From the human T2T-CHM13v2.0 reference genome, Homo sapiens: a DNA stretch of 64,000 nucleotides. Positions 54,911 through 64,000 of this stretch are shown piece after piece. The stretch's first letter is position 1. Each line of letters starts with the position of its first letter. The stretch lies in assembly GCF_009914755.1 (NCBI RefSeq), contig NC_060939.1. One strand, written 5' to 3'. The position numbers were made by a program, and so were the translations under genes. The notes under the pieces were generated by a model. That model saw nothing but the letters and a program-made list of their open reading frames with translations, was not told the origin of the DNA and did no database searches.

Positions 54911-55699
54911 ATATGAGAAAACAATTTGAGAGAAAATGAAAGAAATCAGAATTGTAAAAAGTTTATAAAAACTTTAATAACCTCATATAAAGTGGAAAAT
55001 TGGTATAAAACTCTTATATGAGGTCACTAATATAATACATATACATATATACAGACTAGGAAACAAGAGTAGAAATGTTCTGATATGGATTCAAGTGCAT
55101 AATTTTTTATAGTAGTTATCTTTGGGTGGTAAGACTTTGGGTGGCTTTTTCCATTAATGCTTTAGTGAATTGTCCATATTCTATTTTAATCAAGCAGTGC
55201 CTCTATAGTCAGCACAAATAATAAATACTGTAGAAATTGCCTCTTCATGAAACTTTAAAAAATACTAAAGAAAATGAGTTTTTTTTAGTATTTAAAAAAT
55301 ACTAAAGAAAATAAATATGGTAGAAATGAGCTCTTCACTACTTTAAAAAATACAAAAGAAAATGAGATGCATTTTAGATTTCACTCTCCCCCAACCTGGC
55401 TGCTCGGTTGTTGTCATCCAGGTGAACCCCTAGCAGAATCTGTGGAGTCCGGATGTGTCTAACACCTAGTGCATTCCTCAGACCCACCCTGCCAGAGCTG
55501 GTGGATTTAGCCACGAGGGACTTTGGCACTGAGCTCAGACTTTCTGGTGGCATTGGGCAGTCACAACCTGAATCTTTGTCCAAATTCAACTACTTGATTA
55601 ACTTCCGTTTAAATAGAAGCTTACTTTTGAAAAGTTAGGTTTTCTTCCATTTTTTTTTTCTCCCACAGCTGTCTTGGCAACATCTGATTCCAGCCAGGG

Positions 55700-55717
55700 C
55701 AGGAAGTATCTGAGTCA
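55700..55717 (+). promoter_or_regulatory. Composite ETS + AP-1 motif (candidate)
   Basis: CAGGAAGT-atc-TGAGTCA; second TGAGTCA at 55892-55898; motif match only. Confidence 0.4.
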
Positions 55718-57984
55718 GAGATGGGGTGAAACAGTTTTTCTGGTGCTGTTCCCAGCCCTCTGACAAGGATCGTCTCTCCTGGAGCTTTCTGTCTGCTTCT
55801 ACAAATAGCTTGTAGAGAGCCAGAGGATGTGTGTAACGGGATTCAACCAAAGCAGTCCTCCGGCCCACCCTTGACTGTATTTGAAAGAATGTGAGTCATC
55901 AGCATGGGTCCTGTCCTCTTCAGCATCCTCAATGAATTAGCAATTCCCAGAAAGCTACCCCTGAGGGAATGGGAAGAAAAAGAGACCAGAAGCAAGGAGA
56001 CTGAATTTGCACCTACACCAGATGATTTTATAAGATGTGTTTAGATAAATATGGCACATTTCCACCCACCCACCATTAAAAAAAAAAAAAGAAGCAAAAC
56101 TTTAGTGCTAGATTCTGAAGGCACATTTTGCTTCATTAATCTAAATAAGTACCTTAAATGTGAATTGTTCTCTTTTCTTCTCATTCTTTTTTCTTTTCCC
56201 TTTATTGTTGGCGTGGTAGCAGTTGGAAGTGTTTGAAATGGTCACACAAATACTTAGCCTCTCTCTTCTGTATTAAAAACGTAGGCAATTCCCTGTTTCT
56301 AGATGAGGAGGAGCTAAATGTGTATATGGCTTGAAGAGAACTCACCATCAGATGAACCTAATACTTTTACCCCTGGCTCTCTTTTTAAGGACTTAGACTT
56401 GAGTTATCTCTGAGAGGTCATGAAGCAACTCAACAGATTGGAAGACTGTGACTGGGAAAAATTGTGTCTTGGTGAAAACAATATTGGCTACTCAATTTGC
56501 TGAACCAGTATCTAAATCTTAACTTTGGCATTTATGAACTGTGTGATGTGGAGATATTTCTTAACTTCTCTGAACCTCAATTTTCTACTTTATAGGAATC
56601 ATCGTGGTGACGTGAGGGTTAGTTATAATGGGTTGAAGTGCCTTTCACATGATAGATACTATACTATTTACCTCTATTGAACATACATAATCCTCCCATA
56701 TAGACATTAAAATTGCTGTAAATAAAAACAGTGAAAGTAAAATCTACAATGTGGTAGAGATAAGTTAATAATAGTCATAGTTAAGTGTCTAGTGCTCAAT
56801 TTTGTTTTTAGTAGAATGATATCAAGCGTACGTTTAAGTGACCATGTGCCTAATGGTTTTAAATGCTATACCTAACAGCTAGATTCACATCTCTCAAAGT
56901 GTGGATTGAGACCCATCTCACTAAGGATCACTGAAGATTCTTTCTAAAAGGCAGATTTCTAGGCCTATCTAAAACCTTGTTGGGTGTGGGGCCCTAAAAT
57001 TTGTATTTTGCTGTGATTTCTATATACATTATAGTTTAAAAACACAAATTTGATGACAAAGATTTTTTTAAAATATTTTAAGACAATTATTTAGTATAGC
57101 ATTATCTGAAAGATAATCTAGTTTTATCTGACAGAGTATCATAATGTACTCTACTGATATTAATACACATTATATCATTATAATTATAATTTATTTTTGA
57201 CGAAACTCATCGGAAGTCATGGATCAGAGTAGTTTCTGGCTTGGTGCCAATGCAAGCTGAACTGCCTACCAGCTATGAGACTTTGAGAGAATTTTAACTT
57301 TTCATTAAATTCTAGTTTCCCATCTAGTCTCCATAATAGTTTCTACCCTATAGGATTATTGAAAGGATTGCATGAGATAACACATCTATAAGTTTTAGAC
57401 TGTAGACGTTAGAGATTATCATCGAAAGACTTCATGATTATTATGTAGTTCAGAAAGACTCTGGTGGAGATTTGATGAGCGTCTTTGAGAATTTTTTTGG
57501 CTTGAGGCAAAGAGAGGCAAATCTGGATGGTCCTCATTTTCTCCCCCTTTTAGTATTTTAGCAGAAGCTGGCTTAGCAGGTGCAAAATAGCTCAAAGAAA
57601 GAAAAAACTGATTCTAGCTACTGGGCCTCACATAGTCCCTCCTTCTAGCAAGGTAATTTTTCCATAGTTATATAGTCACATAGATAGTCCCTGCACACAC
57701 CCCCTACAAATACATAGAAAACTTTAGTTGTGGGAGGGGGTATAAACATAACCATTCTACTGGATCATTTGCCATGATGGATCTATTTTAGCTTTGTGTA
57801 ACCTAAGCATACCTTTCTATGGAATGGGAGAACTTGGATTATATGTGCTTTATTGTTGCTCTGTCTTTACAGTTTTCCATATAAAACCCTATTTTTACAA
57901 TATCTATACTAAGTAACACTAGAAGTCTGTGCTCATGACCCCTTTGCAAGATAACTTTTTTTTTTGATAAAGGGAATTTTGGAG

Positions 57985-58353
57985 ATTAATAAATTAGCAT
58001 GCAGGAGGTACAATCGAGAGAGTCCCTGGAGGCAGCATCTGTAGTATGGACTGAAGCATAGCAGGATGGGAACAGGGAGATGTGGAGCTGTGTGATGGTG
58101 TCAGAAGAGACCTCAAACCCCGTGGGAAGCTCTGAAGATGGGATTGCTCTTCCCCATCTTTGTAACCTTACCTGTACCAAGTCACTAAATAAGAGCCTTG
58201 CTAGGAAAAGGAATTAATCTTGAGCAAGGCACTCCCCATAGGGTTGACAGCTAGCAATCTGTTGCTGTTATCTGGCCCATCACTTGGTGAAATTAATAGG
58301 TCCTTCACTCCAAAAGGGAGATTTGGCTGGGGTACGACCAGATCCATCCTGCA
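57985..58353 (-). mobile_element. LTR16-like ERVL LTR
   Basis: attagcatgcaggagg...gcaggatgggaacagggagatgtggagctg...cccgtgggaagctctgaagatggg...gtccttcactccaaaagggagatttgg. Confidence 0.7.
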
Positions 58354-58609
58354 GTCACATCTAGTCATGATACATTCTCTGAGATAGCTAGAGTGGATGT
58401 ACTCATCCATTTTACTGATAAAGAGATTTAAAAAGTTCATTGACTTGCCCGAATGCTCACAGTTTATAAGTAGCAGAGCTGAAACTGAAACTTATCTCTT
58501 CTGATTTTCAGTTTCTATTTATACATTATCGTTTTAAAATTGCAGAGGTGGATGGAGATATAGTTATGGCTATACATGTTTATAAGTCTGAATGTATTTT
58601 ATGTCAATA

Positions 58610-59250
58610 AGTAAGATGCATTCATTTAATAAACATTTCCAAATTGCCGTCTATATACAAAGCCCTAGAAGGAATGCTGGTAATATAGAGAAAGAAAGAC
58701 ACAGTTCCTGTTGTTTAAGAACTCCTGAACTAGTGAAAGAAAGAGATAAGTAAGCAACAATTATCACCTTACCAGGTAAGAGCTGTGATAGAGATAGATA
58801 GAGTGTGATAGAGTATGTAAAAAAGCACAAAATAGCCACTGCCTTTCAGCCCAGGTTCTCCAGACACTGTTGATACTCAATCTGGGTTCGAAGAATTATA
58901 AGAGAAAGGCAGAAATAATCTGAGTAAAGTCTTCAATTTGCAGAACTACAAATAATCCAGTGTAACTACAGTATCAGATGGTATTAAAATGGTGAGAGAT
59001 AAGGCTGAAGAATTGATCTGGTACTGGAGCTTGATGGAAAATGGGAGGTTTTCAGTGTGGTTTGGAATTTCCTTTGAAGACATGAAGAGCCAGTGAAGAA
59101 ATGTTTGCTGTAGAGGGGCAAGATGATATCTGAGTTTTAGGAAGATCACCATGCGGAATGAACCAGAAAGGGGGTGAGGCTGAAAGTCGATAAACCAAGT
59201 AAAAAAAATGAAGCAATAATCGATATGAGACACAGCAGTGGCCTGAATTT
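58610..59250 (-). mobile_element. L2 3' region, antisense
   Basis: cattcatttaataaacattt (L2 tail)...tgaagacatgaagagccagtgaag...gatgatatctgagttttaggaagatcacc. Confidence 0.75.
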
Positions 59251-60069
59251 CAGCCTGCTAACTCACATTCACATGGTTTCTCCTTTTTATTAGGATGCAT
59301 TAATTAAATTCCCTAGCAAAAGGCAGAGAATCAAGAGCACTCTGGAGAAAATAGAGGAAAATTCCTTTTGGAAAGAAGAAAGGATGGTGAAAGTGAAAGA
59401 TGTTTAGTTTCAATAACCTTTAAAACTCATAGCCACAGAGGACTGTGTGGGTCCTCAGATCATTGAGAGGCCTTGGGTGGAGAAATGAGGATAAATGCAC
59501 AGGGTTACCTCTGAGTGATCACACATACACCCCATCAGTGCCATTTCCATGCTTGTGAGGTGTGGAATATGGAAAGCCATAGACATCTGCCCTCTCCCAT
59601 TTTGTGTAGTTCTCCCAGGCAGTTGTATTCTGCTTGGGGTCCAGCTCATACCTAGGGAAATTTATTTGAATCTTCCTGGTGGAACATTCCTATGATGCAA
59701 ATCCAAAATGTGCAAGGATGCAGTAGCATTTACTGAGTACCTCAGACATTCCAGTACAAGGCAATTTAATACATTTTGTCCCAGTGAGCCCTTGCAAAAG
59801 TTCACCTATCATTATCATAAAGAAGCTGGTTCAGAGATGATGCCATGTGCCCAAAGAAATACAGCCAATCCATGCCAAGGTTGGGTTCCTCTGTTAGTCC
59901 GCACTGACCCCCATGGGCAGGCTCTGCACTGATGTCCAGGGCTGGATTGTAAGCTTACGTTGCTCCTGGAGTTACCCAATTCTATGTCAAGTAAACATAG
60001 GCTTTTTGAGCAGAAGCAGCAGCTGTAAAATGCCTCAAGATGAGTAGCAACAGGCAATCTACTTTATCT

Positions 60070-60310
60070 CTAGATTAGCATAGGGGTTAAGAGTACAGGT
60101 TCTGGAGTTCGACAAACCTGGGTTCAAATAAAAGTTTCTGAACTTTTTACTTGAGGAAATGTATTTAAGGCTGTTTTCTTACCTATAGACTAGAATGACC
60201 ACAGTGTTGCCTCACAGGATTATTTTGAGAAATTAATGAGTAATTGACTTAAAACACTTGGTAAAATGTCTGGCACATGGTAACTGCTCATAGAGGTGAG
60301 CTAATACTAA
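60070..60310 (+). mobile_element. MIR SINE
   Basis: tagcataggggttaagagtacaggttctggagttcgacaaacctgggttcaaat...tctggcacatggtaactgctca. Confidence 0.85.
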
Positions 60311-61102
60311 TACATATTACCTTTTCAATTACTTTTCATTTTTCTTATTCTACAATGAAAGAATCAGCTCATCGATGCTGTGAATTGACATCAAGAACTG
60401 ATGTGATTTTTTGGTTAGATGAAATCATTATTTCTTTGAGAAATATCACTTGCAAAAAACTAACTTTTGTCTCCAATGCCTTTTCTCTCCTTTCCTTGCT
60501 CTTCTGTTTCTGTAATGAGAAACTGATGGGCATTTTCCTGCTCAATTTATTTGGATTCTGTAATTTTCTTTATTGCCTTGCTTTGCCCAATAAACCTTAT
60601 GAATTTTTTCTTTTTACATTTCCACTTCAGGGTGTTTGGTGCTGTGATGACGAAAAATAAAACCTGAGTTACGATATGATAGGGCAATAACCATACAGAC
60701 TTGCTTTAATCTTCCTGAGCCTCAATTTCCTTTTAAGTTACATGAGATCTATCCTACATATCTCACTGCTGTAATGAGCGTCAAAAGATACAGTGGTGGT
60801 AAAATACATTATAAAGCTTAAAGTTCTGTAAAAAATGTAAGATTTTTATTTTATTGCTGTTACACAGCAAGAAAAAACTTCAGATAAAAGTGGTCATGCG
60901 CCTATTTTAAGTGCTAGCTCCTACAATAGGGAACTACTGAAGAGCGTGTTTTGTCTGAAACTGACATTACTTTAAAAAGGGTGAGAGAACGATTTCCTTA
61001 AAATTTGTGCCTATGTTTTACAGGAAAGGGAGGCAGAGGGCTGACAATGGTAAGGCTTGGAAACGTAATTGATGAAAGACTCGCATACACGTGGTTTGGT
61101 TA

Positions 61103-61479
<377 letters not shown>

Positions 61480-61782
61480 TTATCAGACCAACCCTTCCCA
61501 GCAACTGTCAGAAAAAAACAAACAGGAGATTGCATAGAAAGCAGTGGTGACTTCTGTAAAGAAAGGGTTGCAGAAACGCCTGGGCCATCGACATTTTTCA
61601 CCTCCTCTAATAGATGCTACTCACTATCACCAGCCTCAGTTCCTTAATACCCACTACAATTCCTTAATACCCACTCAGTTCCTTAATACCCACTACTTGC
61701 TGTAGAGGGACAAGATGATATCTGAATTTTAGGATATCACTTCCCTGTGTGACCTCAGGGAAGACAGTCTCTGAGCCTTACT

Positions 61783-63053
<1,271 letters not shown>

Positions 63054-64000
63054 GCCTTTAGTGTTCCTTGTTTTGTAAAGCGGATGACCAGATTTTGAAA
63101 ATGTATGCAAAATGCTTGGTATACTCTCTCCAATTTTTAAATGGCATTTTTTCATTAATTCAGTGTACCTTTTTGTATCTTGATTTTTTAGCATTAACAA
63201 ACCCCTTGTGAATTTCTCTGCCATGTAATACCTTGTTGGATTCGAAAGTGGCATACTGAAGTCTTCCCGAATATGAATTCTCAGACATCACATAAGAGAT
63301 GTATGCTTACTTCCGTAATGTAATTATTACACAATAAGTAAATCCACTTTTCTGGTCTCTGCAATATACATTTCTGCAGGCATTAGAAGGCTCTGCCTTT
63401 AAAGAACAATCACAAGAACCTGCTTTTTATCCCCACTTGCCTCATTTCATTTTTCCCATTAGCAGCAATTTAAAAATTCTTCCAGACTGCAGCTCTCATT
63501 GTGCCTTTTTGCTTTACTGCAGAGTAGGTCTTTATTCTCTTTACTCTGAAGCTTTAATATTTGAAATTGGTCTCATAAATTAAAAAAGAACACTCATATG
63601 GATGATTATTTTAAAACTCAATCAAAAAGTTTTTTTTTTCTTATTCTTTTTTGAGGGCAGTGGAAGAGTAATGGATAAATGTATAATCAACTCACATAAA
63701 ATTCGACAAGTGGATATTTTATGATATTGCCTTCTGGGAATCCAAATAGCATGCACTTTTTATCATAACAATTCAGTCCAATTCCGTGACCAAGGGAGAA
63801 GAGCACAGCACATTTAAGAACCAGTTGTAGGGACCTGACAGCGTCTTGCTGCCAACAGCAAAGCTGAAATGCGGAATCCCAGCCTGAAACAGGGACATGG
63901 GGCTTTATGAGTTCATACACGTGGGGATTTTAATGGGAGCAGCTATTTGGACATCTTCTTTTTCTCTCCCACATGCTGAGTTGAAGAGCTGGAGAATGAG

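Noticed and set aside
60605-60662. Acceptor-like tract followed by AATAAA (possible terminal exon)
   Set aside because: The exon would be very short, and such motifs are common in AT-rich DNA; no other support.
61635-61696. Three identical 16-mers with short linkers, superficially CRISPR-like
   Set aside because: Linkers are only 3-4 nt, the context is eukaryotic and there are no cas genes; it is a slippage/repair duplication.

Overview
AT-rich primate (almost certainly human) euchromatic DNA, intergenic or intronic. I find no supportable protein-coding gene, rRNA, tRNA or CRISPR feature. The listed ORFs that I could trace to a source are Alu, L1, LTR or low-complexity artefacts, and I recognise none of the rest as a protein. 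The window is a layered transposable-element landscape: 13 full Alus plus a monomer, many MIR/L2/L1 fragments, solo LTRs (THE1, MSTB, MLT1, MLT2B, MER52, MER4, LTR2, LTR16), a decayed ERV-L internal region with recognisable RT motifs, and DNA transposons (MER5A, MER47B, MER53, MER63, old Tigger). Repeat family and subfamily names come from recalled consensus sequences, not from a search. The most unusual element is an isolated alpha-satellite insertion (33451-33764). It is one 172-bp monomer plus an inverted 114-bp copy, forming a 93%-identical palindrome inside a MIR. Several other complex scars (29945-30213, 55223-55366, 61635-61740) combine local templated copies, fold-backs and iterative duplications, resembling template-switch or polymerase-theta repair. 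There are also candidate + strand non-coding exons and an ETS/AP-1 enhancer-like block. I cannot support a new biological 'system' here, and the findings are hypotheses.
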